Source: Bacteroidales bacterium (GTDB taxonomy: Bacteria; Bacteroidota; Bacteroidia; Bacteroidales; GCA-2748055). From it: a stretch of DNA of 64,000 nt. The stretch spans positions 9,196 through 73,195 of the forward strand of contig JAGLOO010000064.1 of assembly GCA_023138875.1 (NCBI GenBank). The letters run 5' to 3'. The notes under the pieces are model-generated. The model saw nothing but the letters and a program-made list of their open reading frames with translations, was not told the origin of the DNA and searched no databases. The translations under genes were made by a program, and so were the position numbers. The stretch's first letter is position 1, and the number at the start of each line of letters is the position of its first letter. Positions 1 to 10,209 of the stretch are shown here, piece by piece.

Positions 1-239
1 AAGGGATTTTTATCCCGGCTTCATGGATTTCTCATTACCGTTGGGGCCGAAACCGCCGTAGTTCAGCAGGTTCAACCTTCTTCGAGGGAGAAGAAGGTTC
101 GAACTTCGTTCAAAAAAGCCGAAACTATAGGACTTCTTTCAGATTTTGGAGGGTGTCCTTTTTTTTACCACCCCCTTATAGACATTTCGCCGTCCAAGTC
201 AATTTGGGTAGCAATGAGTTCTCCTATTCCAGAAAAATA

Positions 240-1550
240 CTATTGGATCAGGTTTGAAACCGCATATAAAGGGATAACGGTTATTTTGCCATATTGTGAG
301 AAATTTTCAAGGGATATCCTGATTCCCTTAGATGATTTTTTCTCATCAATAAACAGATTCAGACTCTGCATCTTCCCAGTACTACCTGATTTAACCTCAA
401 CGGGTACGACCTGGGAATCTTGTTCTATTAAATAGTCAACCTCAGCGCTGCTCCCTCTTTTTTCCCGGTGCCAGTAATACAATTGTTTTTTTTCATGCAC
501 CTGGCTGTATTTTATCAATTCAACACCTGCAAATGCTTCAGCTATATTGCCTTTATTCATCATGTCTATGTTTTCCGCAATGATTAAATCTGTAATCCTT
601 AATCCTGCAATTTGCTGAAAAATACCACTATCATGTAAAAGGCATTTAAACTTTTTAAAATTTACTTCAGAACCCAATGGCACTCCCTGCCCGGAAGAGT
701 GGTATACTTTATAGACAAGCCCCGCCATTTCTAGCAGATTAAGGGCTTCTTTTGCCTGTGCCGGATTCGATAGGGAACCGGCCTGAGAGTAAATATATTT
801 TCCACCTGCCTGGCTTACTACCGAGTTCATTACTTCGCGGAGGCGTAACACCGGAATCCGTCTTTTATACTTTGCAAAATCGTCATAATAAGATGTAGCA
901 ATGTCCGATAATACATTTTGCACTGATTTCATATCAGCACTATTGCCGATGAAAGTCTTGACGGTCTCTGGCATTCCTCCAATCAACAGGAAATATCTTA
1001 AATATTCCTTAAGTTTTCCATGGAATGCAGGATTAAGAGGATTTTCGGGTGAGGCATCCTTTTTCAATTCAATTAATGTATCCTCCTCGTTAGCCATCAG
1101 AAATTCATCAAATGACATAGGATACATATATAAAGAACGGATGCGGCCAACTCCCCAGGAAGTTAAACCGGAAAGAGCAAACTCCATCAAGGAGCCAGCT
1201 GCAATCACATGCAATCCTGGTTTTGACTCATAAAAGAAGCGGAGCGCTTGTATAGCTTTCGAGCAGCTTTGGATTTCATCAAAGAATAAAAGAGTCTCTC
1301 CATCAATAATTGGAATCCTAAAATAAGCAGATAAATTTGTGCAAATTCTTTCAGGGTCCAGATTCTGTTTAAAAAAACTTTGTACATCAGTATTTTTTTC
1401 AAAGTTAATTTCTACAAAATGGTTGAATTCTTTTGCCAGTTCCCTTACAATAAATGTCTTTCCTACCTGACGGGCTCCCCGTAACAGCAAAACTTTTCGA
1501 TTTTCGGCTTTTTTCCAATCTAACAACGCATCTAATACTAGCCTTCTCAT
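240..1550 (-). CDS. AAA+ ATPase (AAA_14 + DUF4143-type C-terminal domain)
   Basis: Walker A GARQVGKT, Walker B LLFFDEIQ, IGGMPE, C-terminal EVDY...PVEVKSG; likely start MRRLVLD at 1550 (ORF track extends to 1595). Confidence 0.9.
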   Translation of the reverse strand: MRRLVLDALLDWKKAENRKVLLLRGARQVGKTFIVRELAKEFNHFVEINFEKNTDVQSFFKQNLDPERICTNLSAYFRIPIIDGETLLFFDEIQSCSKAIQALRFFYESKPGLHVIAAGSLMEFALSGLTSWGVGRIRSLYMYPMSFDEFLMANEEDTLIELKKDASPENPLNPAFHGKLKEYLRYFLLIGGMPETVKTFIGNSADMKSVQNVLSDIATSYYDDFAKYKRRIPVLRLREVMNSVVSQAGGKYIYSQAGSLSNPAQAKEALNLLEMAGLVYKVYHSSGQGVPLGSEVNFKKFKCLLHDSGIFQQIAGLRITDLIIAENIDMMNKGNIAEAFAGVELIKYSQVHEKKQLYYWHREKRGSSAEVDYLIEQDSQVVPVEVKSGSTGKMQSLNLFIDEKKSSKGIRISLENFSQYGKITVIPLYAVSNLIQ

Positions 1551-1558
1551 TATGAGAA

Positions 1559-1644
1559 ACATTAAATAGTCAAGGCTAATATAATAATAAATCATTTAAA
1601 TATCAAAGCTAATATGACTTAAATACATTAAATAGTCAAGGCTA
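1559..1644. repeat. Three ~20-bp direct repeats at 33-bp period upstream of the ATPase
   Basis: ACATTAAATAGTCAAGGCTA exact at 1559-1578 and 1625-1644; degenerate middle copy CATTTAAATATCAAAGCTA from 1593. Confidence 0.8.
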
Positions 1645-1988
1645 GAATACCACCCTGGAAAGACAATTTTCTCTTAATGATATGTAATATCAAAATCCAG
1701 CTAGTCCGAGATATCCGAAAAAAAAGAAGTTTCTCCGCCCGATTTGCCCATTTCAAAAAGCACGCCCTGTCGGACACTCTACTTTTTGAAAAGAGCAAAG
1801 GCTACCCCTTCGAAACTTTTGCCCGCGCGCAGGAAAACAAGCAATTGCATCATTCACGGGACGGGTAGGATCGAGGTTTTTCGTCTGATTATACAAATCT
1901 GTCAGCCAGCGTGCATGTACCTCAGGATTTCTCCTTGCCCTTCCGGCCGTCTCATTGGTCGGTTTTTCAATTAAGCAATTAGAGTGAT

Positions 1989-2414
1989 TTATAATCTGTT
2001 GGAAACTGGATTTTGTCTATGATGTGACTTAACTTTATTAATTGCATTATAGAACCTCAGGCCTATCTGATCAATGAGAATTATAATAAGCGCCAGAAAC
2101 AGAAGTGAAGTAATTTCCTGCCAATTGTTAACGAAATAAGTATACGAGCTGGTAAGCACACCGCTGCCATTGATCCATACAAAAACACCTGCTAGTAGGG
2201 ATAAACTACCCAATACTAACCCAACTTTGAAGGATAACTCAAGTATCAATTCTCGCAGGAGAACTTTTTTCTCAAGTTTTAGGATTGTTTTCTCCGATAA
2301 ACCATGAGGAATCATTAGGTCATCATTAGATGTCAGCACATTATGTATAAGCCTGTCCAATTCGCCATTTTCTATTTGTTGCTGTGCCATTTCACAAATT
2401 TATTCATTATCCAT
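1989..2414 (-). pseudogene. Putative anti-sigma-like membrane protein with early nonsense codon
   Basis: Two hydrophobic segments; in-frame ATG at 2414 is followed by TAA at 2400-2402 (MDNE*ICEMAQQ); intact ORF only from 2390; directly downstream of ECF sigma fragment. Confidence 0.55.
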
Positions 2415-2436
2415 TATAAGTCATCCATTATTTCCG

Positions 2437-2733
2437 CTATATCCGGGCAAGTGTGATTAGTGTCTCACGTAACAGATTTCGTCCCCGACTGATATAGCTC
2501 TTTACCGTACCGTCAGGCATGCCGGTCATTTCAGCAATTTCCCGATAGGAACATTCATCAAGATGGTACAGAGTAATAGCCGTACGATAAGCTGCAGGCA
2601 ATTTCGTGATGGCTGTCAGTACCACCCGGTTAAGATCTTCCCTTTCGGGTTGTTTCCAGCTTATATCCGGCGAAAAGTTGAGCGCCAGCTCCTGATCGGC
2701 ATCGCGGCTCTGAAAGTCTGTTTCCTTATTCTT
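2437..2733 (-). pseudogene. ECF sigma-70 factor, region 4 fragment
   Basis: AITKLPAAYRTAITLYHLDECSYREIAEMTGMPDGTVKSYISRGRNLLR is a region-4 HTH; upstream frame closed by TGA at 2734-2736; no region 2. Confidence 0.85.
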
Positions 2734-2782
2734 TCATTTTGGCAGATTATCAACTCAATCTGAGCAAGAATTAAACAACAAC

Positions 2783-2825
2783 AAAAATACCCGGATATCA
2801 CAAAATGTCCGGGTATTTTTTTTTT
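2783..2825 (+). terminator. Rho-independent terminator-like hairpin (no upstream + gene left)
   Basis: AAAAATACCCGGATAT-cacaaa-ATGTCCGGGTATTTTTTTTTT. Confidence 0.7.
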
Positions 2826-2921
2826 ACAGAGAGTAAAATTACCTCTAAAATTCAGACAACATGTATGATTAGAAAAATGACTAATTTTATTCCAATCCAT
2901 AAACTATTAACCTGATCAATC

Positions 2922-4103
2922 ATGAGACTATTATTTGTTAGTAATCGACACTCTGTAAATCACATGATGTTCTTGGCTGCATTATTATTATTTGCCCATG
3001 GCAGTTTTGCCAGAGCAGACGGCGATAATATTATCATTGGAAAAACAGTAACCATCTCTTCAGAAATTCTTGATGAAGACAGAACCATGCTGGTCTATCT
3101 CCCCCCCGGCTATGAACAGGCTACAGAAGAGTACCCTGTGCTATACCTGCTGGATGGGGAGACACATTTTTTACATGGCTCCGGCATTGTGCAGTACCTG
3201 TCACGGCTGGGATTGATTCCTCAAATGATCGTGGTCGCTATCACCAATGTGGACAGGACCAGGGATTTCTCCCCCACCCATGATCAAAGATTACCCACAT
3301 CAGGGGGGGCTGAAAAGTTTTTATCATTCCTGGATAGCGAATTGATACCTCATGTGGATGAGTATTATCGCACAGCAAATTTCAGAATATTGATGGGGCA
3401 TTCTTTTGGGGGAACTTTTGCCACCTTTTCACTACTCAACAATCCTGAACTTTTTAATGCTCATATAGCTATCAGCCCATACCTTCATTACGATAATAAC
3501 TATCTTATAAAACAATCGAAGACAAAGTTGAAGTCAAAATACAAAACCCACAAATTCTTTTACATGACCGTTGGTTATGAGATCAATTACTTTGAACCTC
3601 TGAAAGAATTCTACACGATCCTGGAAGAGAAATCCGGAAGAACCATCGATTTCCAATATACCATTATGGAAAAGGAGGATCATGGGACCATCCCCCATCT
3701 CAGTATCTATAATGGACTGAAATATATTTTTTCAGACTTTATCCTGCCCGAGGCAAAGATAATTGAAGGACTTGTTGCTGTAGATGCTCACTATTCAAAC
3801 GTGACAGATAAATATGGCTATACAGTTGAAGCTCCGGAGATTACCATTAATATATTGGGTTACAGATACCTGCAAAATAATGATCTGGAAAATGCCATCC
3901 ATGTTTTCAAAGAGAATACAAAAAGATATCCGAAATCAGCCAATGTGTATGACAGTTTAGGCGAGGCCTACGAAAATAATGATCAAATGGATCTTGCAGA
4001 AGTCAATTATCAAAAGGCATATGACCTGGGTATACGCAACAATGATCCAAATGCGGAAGTATTCCATACTAATTTATTGAGAGTAAGGGGTAATAAGCAG
4101 TAA
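2922..4103 (+). CDS. Alpha/beta hydrolase (IroE/Fes-like esterase) with C-terminal TPR
   Basis: YPVLYLLDG, GHSFGG nucleophile elbow, EDHG; TPR NVYDSLGEAY; signal peptide. Confidence 0.88.
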   Translation: MRLLFVSNRHSVNHMMFLAALLLFAHGSFARADGDNIIIGKTVTISSEILDEDRTMLVYLPPGYEQATEEYPVLYLLDGETHFLHGSGIVQYLSRLGLIPQMIVVAITNVDRTRDFSPTHDQRLPTSGGAEKFLSFLDSELIPHVDEYYRTANFRILMGHSFGGTFATFSLLNNPELFNAHIAISPYLHYDNNYLIKQSKTKLKSKYKTHKFFYMTVGYEINYFEPLKEFYTILEEKSGRTIDFQYTIMEKEDHGTIPHLSIYNGLKYIFSDFILPEAKIIEGLVAVDAHYSNVTDKYGYTVEAPEITINILGYRYLQNNDLENAIHVFKENTKRYPKSANVYDSLGEAYENNDQMDLAEVNYQKAYDLGIRNNDPNAEVFHTNLLRVRGNKQ

Positions 4104-4112
4104 ATCAGAATA

Positions 4113-6263
4113 TTAATCACATGTTTTCCCGTACCACTCAAAGGTTTGAATAAACGCATCACCGTAACCCATCATATTCAGCTCCCTCAGTTTTGCCCTC
4201 GCTTCCTGGAAAGAATTGAACGCCCCAAAGGTATACCTGTAGTAATCATCCTTACAGATGTATTCCCTGATATCTTCCAGTCCCTGAAAATAGGAAAGAT
4301 CTACAGGGTTGAAATCTGCCAGCAACTGGATGGTAAAGCTGTATGATTGAGAATTCCCCGGATCAATCTGGTCTTGATCGGGACGTAGATTATCCGGCAC
4401 ATAGAGTCCGGTGAGTCCCGCCTCGGCCGGAACCAGACCAGTGATGTGTACAACCACCTGGCGGTTCAGGTATCTTCCCAGCGGAGCATCGGTACCGTCG
4501 GGATACTGGTTGCGGGCTATGGGAGCCGTCTCTCCCTTACCTGTTACAGAGATCCTGTCAGTATCCATCCCTTTATCCATTAGGTATTGGGCTATTTGAT
4601 CAGCCCGTTGCAGGGAGAGCAGCATATTGTATTCAGAGGAACCGGCGGCATCAGCATGTCCGGTAAGTTCTATCCTGGTATCTCCATACTGCAACATGAG
4701 GCCTGCTATTTTCTCAACCTCCAGCAAGGCGGTCAAATTCAGGATATATTCATTGTGATCAAAGGGAATGCTTGTAAGTATTTCTGTAGATGTTGGTACC
4801 GGGGCCGGAGGAACCAATATGTTTTCTTCCACCTGTTTATTCAGCACCTCCTCAATCTGGTCGGTGACCGGTGGTTCAATTGCCTTGGCAGCTGTTGTGA
4901 TCTCATGTGGTTCAACAACCACAGCAACTGTAGTGGTTTCCGGTTTCTCAGTGACAATCTCACCTGCAACCGGCTCTTCCGGCTCCAGTTCGATGACCAT
5001 GTTAATGGTGTTTGTAGTTGGATCAGATTCTCTCCGGACCGCATAATAACCCTCCAGCTCATCCCATCCGGGATTGAAAAAGAGATTTTTTCCTGTGTTG
5101 TTTACAGGGTAACCCAGGTTTTGAGGCTCCCCCCACGTGCCATCCTCGCTCAACTCTGAAAAATAGATATCCACCCCCCCGATGGAGGCATGTCCCTGCG
5201 AAGAGAAAAAGAGAATTGAATCATCACCGGATATAAACGGAGTATGTTCCTCATACGTGGTATTAATGACCTGGCCAAGGTTAGTAGCAACGCCCCATAC
5301 GCCTTCAGCATCCTTTCTGGACATATAGATATCAAAGCTACCAAAACCGCTCCTCCGGTCACTGGTGAAATAGAGCGTATTCCCATCTTTTGAGATGCTG
5401 GCATGGGTTTCGGAGGTTCTGCCGTTGATATTAGAACCCAGAGGTTCTGCTTCCGACCAGCGGCCACCTTCAAACCTGGATACAAAAACGTCCGAATGGG
5501 AGTAAAACTGGTGTACCAGGTACAGATCTTTTCCATCGTATGAAAGGCTCACCGGATATGTCTCTCCGACCATGCCTATTTCACTGTTGATTACCCTGGG
5601 TCTGGACCACAATCTGCCACTCCGTGTGGTTATCATTATTTTCTTATCTGAAGGGTAATCAACAAGAAAGATCAGGATGTTGCCATCACCTGAGATCACC
5701 GGATTATTACATGAAGGCAATTCATCATCAAAATGATCAAGGACACTCTGGAACTCAAAGGAGGGAGGATTGCCCACTACCTTTTCTGCCCTTCCGCAGG
5801 CCTGGATCTGCAGACCGGCATATTCCAGCTGCCGGGGATCTTCATCAATTCCCGCGTCCATGTATTGTTCATAATTCCGGACGGCATTATCAAAATCATT
5901 GTGCAGATGATAGGCCTGTCCAAGTAAAAAATAGGTCAGCACAGGTGCGCCAAGCTCTTTATGGGAACGCTCCTTGTAGGACTGGGTTACACCCGTTACA
6001 GCTTCCTTGAGGTAAGTAATAGCCTGCTGCTCACTACCGGGGATATTCAGGCAGCAGGCACCACAATGGAACAGAATATTGCTGTTGCCCGGATCAAGCG
6101 TAAGCAGGTTCTTGTACCTGTTGAATGCTTCTTCATAAAATTCGGTCTGGTAAAGGTACTCCGCATCGAAAAAGATCCGTTTGAATTCTTTAGAATGTTG
6201 TCCGCTGACAGCCACTGCAGCTGTCAGGAACATGAACATGAAAAACTTTCTGAATATCATCAT
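4113..6263 (-). CDS. TPR-PD40-OmpA family periplasmic protein (PorE-like) with C-terminal SPOR-like domain
   Basis: N-terminal TPRs, PD40 repeats (LYFTSDRRSGFGSFDIY), OmpA_C (GHAD...YNMLLSLQRA...NRQV), terminal YRYTFGAF...GYGDAFI. Confidence 0.85.
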   Translation of the reverse strand: MMIFRKFFMFMFLTAAVAVSGQHSKEFKRIFFDAEYLYQTEFYEEAFNRYKNLLTLDPGNSNILFHCGACCLNIPGSEQQAITYLKEAVTGVTQSYKERSHKELGAPVLTYFLLGQAYHLHNDFDNAVRNYEQYMDAGIDEDPRQLEYAGLQIQACGRAEKVVGNPPSFEFQSVLDHFDDELPSCNNPVISGDGNILIFLVDYPSDKKIMITTRSGRLWSRPRVINSEIGMVGETYPVSLSYDGKDLYLVHQFYSHSDVFVSRFEGGRWSEAEPLGSNINGRTSETHASISKDGNTLYFTSDRRSGFGSFDIYMSRKDAEGVWGVATNLGQVINTTYEEHTPFISGDDSILFFSSQGHASIGGVDIYFSELSEDGTWGEPQNLGYPVNNTGKNLFFNPGWDELEGYYAVRRESDPTTNTINMVIELEPEEPVAGEIVTEKPETTTVAVVVEPHEITTAAKAIEPPVTDQIEEVLNKQVEENILVPPAPVPTSTEILTSIPFDHNEYILNLTALLEVEKIAGLMLQYGDTRIELTGHADAAGSSEYNMLLSLQRADQIAQYLMDKGMDTDRISVTGKGETAPIARNQYPDGTDAPLGRYLNRQVVVHITGLVPAEAGLTGLYVPDNLRPDQDQIDPGNSQSYSFTIQLLADFNPVDLSYFQGLEDIREYICKDDYYRYTFGAFNSFQEARAKLRELNMMGYGDAFIQTFEWYGKTCD

Positions 6264-6343
6264 AAGGTAAATATAAAGGATAACCGGATTGATCAGTAAG
6301 ACTTTTATCCACAGAGTTTTCTAACTGATGACCCGGCAGATAG

Positions 6344-7078
6344 TTACTGCAGCTCTCTGATCCTTACTTCAATATCCTTTTCATCCTTCAAAAGTTCGAC
6401 CAGTTTCTCCGGATCGGTATTTCCGTAATGATACGGGTAAAGAATGGCGGGCCGCAGCGCCAGGGCCACATCGGCCACCATTTCCGGGGTCATGGTATAG
6501 GGGAGGTTCATGGGAAGAAAAGCAATCTTAACATCTGTCAGTGCCTTTAATTCCGGAACATTCTCCGTATCGCCTCCGATCAACACATTGGTGGTTCCAA
6601 ATGACAGCAAATAGGCATTTCCCTCTCCTTTAGGATGGTAGGGTTCACCATTGGATCTCTTGTGTTTTATGTTGTAGGCCGGATATGCTTCAATCCCGAC
6701 CCCAAGAATGGTCTCCATTTGATTGTTGCTCATTACGGTAGCCTCGAAATCCTCAAACTGGTCAAAGCAGGACTGAGTCATCACCACCCTTGTATCACTT
6801 TTCAAGATGTGGTTGATGGCTGTCGGGTCCAGGTGATCACCGTGCTGGTGGGTGACAAGGATCAGGTCTGCATCAGGCAAGGTGGCATAATCAGCCTCAC
6901 GCATGGTGGGATCGATATGGATCACCAGGTCATTGAATTTGAACATAAGGGTCCCGTGTCCAACAAAGAACATTTCAAGGTCACCTTTGGATGTTTTTAC
7001 CACATCGCTTGACAATTGCCCATGGGTTTGGCTCAAACAGGCTGCACTTATAGCCATCATTAGAACTAAAGATTTCAT
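6344..7078 (-). CDS. Metallo-beta-lactamase fold hydrolase
   Basis: ILVTHQHGDHLD, GGDT, PYHY; signal peptide. Confidence 0.88.
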   Translation of the reverse strand: MKSLVLMMAISAACLSQTHGQLSSDVVKTSKGDLEMFFVGHGTLMFKFNDLVIHIDPTMREADYATLPDADLILVTHQHGDHLDPTAINHILKSDTRVVMTQSCFDQFEDFEATVMSNNQMETILGVGIEAYPAYNIKHKRSNGEPYHPKGEGNAYLLSFGTTNVLIGGDTENVPELKALTDVKIAFLPMNLPYTMTPEMVADVALALRPAILYPYHYGNTDPEKLVELLKDEKDIEVRIRELQ

Positions 7079-7119
7079 GGTATTGGATTTAAGTTTTCCT
7101 GCAAGTTAAAGCGAAGATT

Positions 7120-10100
7120 TCAATCTGTCAACTCCCGGTTTTTTTCAAGCAATTTATAGAAGACCGGAACCAGCACAAGTGTAAGCAGGGTGGAAACCAG
7201 CAATCCGCCTATAATGGTCCAGCCCAAAGGAGCCCATAATGTTCCTCCCCGAAGGGTGAGTGGCAGCAGTCCCCCAATGGTGGTGAAAGCAGTGAGTACG
7301 ATGGGAGTCAGCCTGGTCTCGGCCGCCAGCTGCAATGCATCATTCAAAGGTTCACCCCTGCTTCTCAGTTTATTGATATAGTCCACCAGGATGATGGAGT
7401 TATTCACCACAATTCCCACCAGGCTGGTGAGGCCTATAAAAGCAGTAAAGGAAAACGTGTTCCCCGTAATCCACAGTGCCCAGATCATCCCGGTTACCGC
7501 AAAAGGGATGGCCAAAAATACGATGAATGGTTGTTTGAAGGACCTGAATTGCAGAACAAGAACAGACAAAATGGAGATCACTGCAATCAAAACCGCATTG
7601 GTCATGCCTCCAAAAGATTCTGTCCGGCTTTCCAGTTCACCGCCAATCTTATAGCTGTAGCCGGCTGGCATGGGGTAATGCTCCAGTTTCTCGATGATAG
7701 GTTCAATCACTTCATCCAGTGTAAAACCGGTTTCAATATCTGCCAGTATCTCGGCGGTACGCTCCAGGTCAAACCTCCTGATGGCGCTGGGTACCTGTTG
7801 AAGTTTTAAATCCACAAATTGTTTCATCTGGATCTGCTTCCCTGAAATGGATGATACATAGATCTTATCCAGGTCCTCAACCCTGAAATTCCCGCCATGA
7901 TCCATCTTTAATACGATCTGGTATTCCTCTCCTGATTTATCCCGGAATTTCGATATCCCGATTCCGGAAACAGCAGTACGAATGGTCCGGTCGATCTCGA
8001 TGACCGGGACACCAAGCATGTTTGCCTTTTCCTTATTGATGTCGAAAAGAAGCTCTGTGTTGGTTTTTACAAATTGATTTTCAACATTGATCGCACCTGG
8101 TTGCTCCCGAATTAAACTTTCCACATCGGCCGAGATCTCTTTCAATACATCAAGGTCCTCCCCGTTCAAATAGATCTGGACCGGAGCATCATATGGAGGC
8201 CCCTGTTCGAATTCCTTAACCCTGATACGAGCTCCGGGGTATTGATCAAACTCCTTTCTTAACCCGTACAACACCTCTGCAAAAGATTCAGGGGTATACC
8301 TGTAAAGCTCAACATAGATTTCAGCAAATCTGGTATCATACCGCCTTGGGAGCACATTATAATAGATCTGCGGATTGCCATGACCCACATTGGTGGCGTA
8401 ATACTTCACTTCCGGCATTGTATCAAGCACACCCTCCATATAGCGGGCTACCTGATCGGTTCGATCAAGATTGGATCCTTCAGGAAGTGTGGCCCGGATC
8501 ATCAGACTGGGCTGTTCTGCTTTAGGAAAAAAGCTGATACCCACATACCGGAACATCCATAGTGAACCCAACAGAAAAACAACCGCAAGCACCACTGTTA
8601 TGACTGGTCTTCCCAGGGCAAACTTCAGGCTCGATCTGAATGGTTTTTCAATGACCCATCTGAGCAACCACCTTACTCCACGGATCTTTTCCGGATTCTT
8701 TCCACGTTCTCTGAACAACCTGCTGGTAATGACCGGAGTAAATGTAAGTGCGATCAACAGGGATATGGTCAGTGTGATCATGATGGTCACGGGCATCGAC
8801 TTTATAAATGCACCAGTCATATAGGGCATGGCTGCGATGGGCACAAATGCCAGGATGGTGGTAAGTGTGGCGGTAATAACCGGCCATCCGATCTCGGAAG
8901 CTGCCAGAATGGATGCCTCCTTCCTGTTATGCCCCTTGTTGATAAACCGGTTAATGTTCTCAACCATCACAATGGAGTTATCCACCAGCATCCCCAGTGC
9001 CACTACAAGTGCACCTATGGAGATCTGCTGCAATCCAAATCCGGCCATATCTACAAACCCCAGTCCAATGGTGAGTGACAACGGAATTGCTATGACCACA
9101 ACGATGGACGAACGAAAACCCAGTGAAAGGAAAATAACCAGTCCCACCAGGATGATCCCCTGCAGAAGATTCATAAGAAAACCATTGATCCTGTTCCTGA
9201 CTGTTGAGGGCTGGTCATGAATAACCTCAAGATCCATTCCTTCAGGCAATTCATCCCTGAATGATTCGATCAATGGCACCAGTTCATCGGATGTCTGCAA
9301 CACATTCAATCCCTCCTTCTGACTGATCCCGATAAAGATGGAGCGAAGTCCTCCTCCTTCATCGCGGATCATCCGTTTGGAACCGAACCTGGTCAGGTAA
9401 TTCTGCTCCTCATAACCAAATTCCACCAGGGCAATATCCCTGAGGTAGATGAGCCTTCCCCGGTATGAGTTTACCACGGTGTTCCTGATCTCATCAAGAT
9501 CCTGGTATGATCCGGAAGATTTGACGCTCAGACTGCTTGAACCGATCTTCACGTCCCCGCCGGGTATATTCACATTGTTGCTCTCAATGGCACGGGTGAC
9601 CAGCTCGAACGAAGTATTGACCATGGCCATCTTCTCAAAGTCCAGATGGATGTGGATCTCCTGGTCGGGCAGTCCATACAGCTTTACCTCCCTGATGCTC
9701 CTGATCTTCTTAATCTTTTTACGAAATTGTTCTGCTTCCTGCTCAAGTTCGGCAAATAGTGCAGTTTCGGAGATGAGAGCCAGTTGCATCATGGCCATAT
9801 CAGCGATGCTCCATTGCCACATCTCAAGCTGCATAACATCTTCCGGAAGAGAACTGCGAATGCTGTTTACCTGCTGGACCACCTCGTCAAATTTCTCATC
9901 GGGATCAGTATTGAAATCAAACTCTACAGACACTACAGCAAGTCCATCCCTTACATTTGTGATGATTTCATCGATGTCTTCAAGCTCATTGAGTGCCTCC
10001 TCCAATGGAAGTGCCACCATTTGCTCAATATCCATAGGACTTGCCCCGGGCATCAAAACAATGATGGAAGAACCGGGCACCGATATTTCCGGGTTTTCAG

Positions 10101-10203
10101 TTCGCGGCATAACCAGTAATGATCTGATCCCTATAACCGTCAGGAATATAAAGAACATCCATGTAAAGGCGGAGTTATCTATGGCCAGTCGTGGTAGTTT
10201 CAT
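7120..10203 (-). CDS. RND efflux permease (AcrB/AcrD/AcrF family)
   Basis: 1027 aa; GMLVDNSIVMVENI, GIVVNNSIILVD, RLTPIVLT; multiple TM segments. Confidence 0.95.
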   Translation of the reverse strand: MKLPRLAIDNSAFTWMFFIFLTVIGIRSLLVMPRTENPEISVPGSSIIVLMPGASPMDIEQMVALPLEEALNELEDIDEIITNVRDGLAVVSVEFDFNTDPDEKFDEVVQQVNSIRSSLPEDVMQLEMWQWSIADMAMMQLALISETALFAELEQEAEQFRKKIKKIRSIREVKLYGLPDQEIHIHLDFEKMAMVNTSFELVTRAIESNNVNIPGGDVKIGSSSLSVKSSGSYQDLDEIRNTVVNSYRGRLIYLRDIALVEFGYEEQNYLTRFGSKRMIRDEGGGLRSIFIGISQKEGLNVLQTSDELVPLIESFRDELPEGMDLEVIHDQPSTVRNRINGFLMNLLQGIILVGLVIFLSLGFRSSIVVVIAIPLSLTIGLGFVDMAGFGLQQISIGALVVALGMLVDNSIVMVENINRFINKGHNRKEASILAASEIGWPVITATLTTILAFVPIAAMPYMTGAFIKSMPVTIMITLTISLLIALTFTPVITSRLFRERGKNPEKIRGVRWLLRWVIEKPFRSSLKFALGRPVITVVLAVVFLLGSLWMFRYVGISFFPKAEQPSLMIRATLPEGSNLDRTDQVARYMEGVLDTMPEVKYYATNVGHGNPQIYYNVLPRRYDTRFAEIYVELYRYTPESFAEVLYGLRKEFDQYPGARIRVKEFEQGPPYDAPVQIYLNGEDLDVLKEISADVESLIREQPGAINVENQFVKTNTELLFDINKEKANMLGVPVIEIDRTIRTAVSGIGISKFRDKSGEEYQIVLKMDHGGNFRVEDLDKIYVSSISGKQIQMKQFVDLKLQQVPSAIRRFDLERTAEILADIETGFTLDEVIEPIIEKLEHYPMPAGYSYKIGGELESRTESFGGMTNAVLIAVISILSVLVLQFRSFKQPFIVFLAIPFAVTGMIWALWITGNTFSFTAFIGLTSLVGIVVNNSIILVDYINKLRSRGEPLNDALQLAAETRLTPIVLTAFTTIGGLLPLTLRGGTLWAPLGWTIIGGLLVSTLLTLVLVPVFYKLLEKNRELTD

Positions 10204-10209
10204 GTGATA

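Noticed and set aside
1559-1644. Possible mini-CRISPR array
   Set aside because: Spacers only about 13 bp, middle repeat degenerate, no cas genes.
2734-2736. Selenocysteine or recoded TGA (also 63164-63166)
   Set aside because: Neither lies at a Cys/redox position; both are explained by truncation or frameshift, and TGA ends many normal genes here.
9449-10207. 252-aa + strand ORF (and similar shadows such as 4587-5159, 42043-42792, 58122-58742)
   Set aside because: Antisense to well-supported genes, Ser/Ile-rich mirror composition, no motifs.
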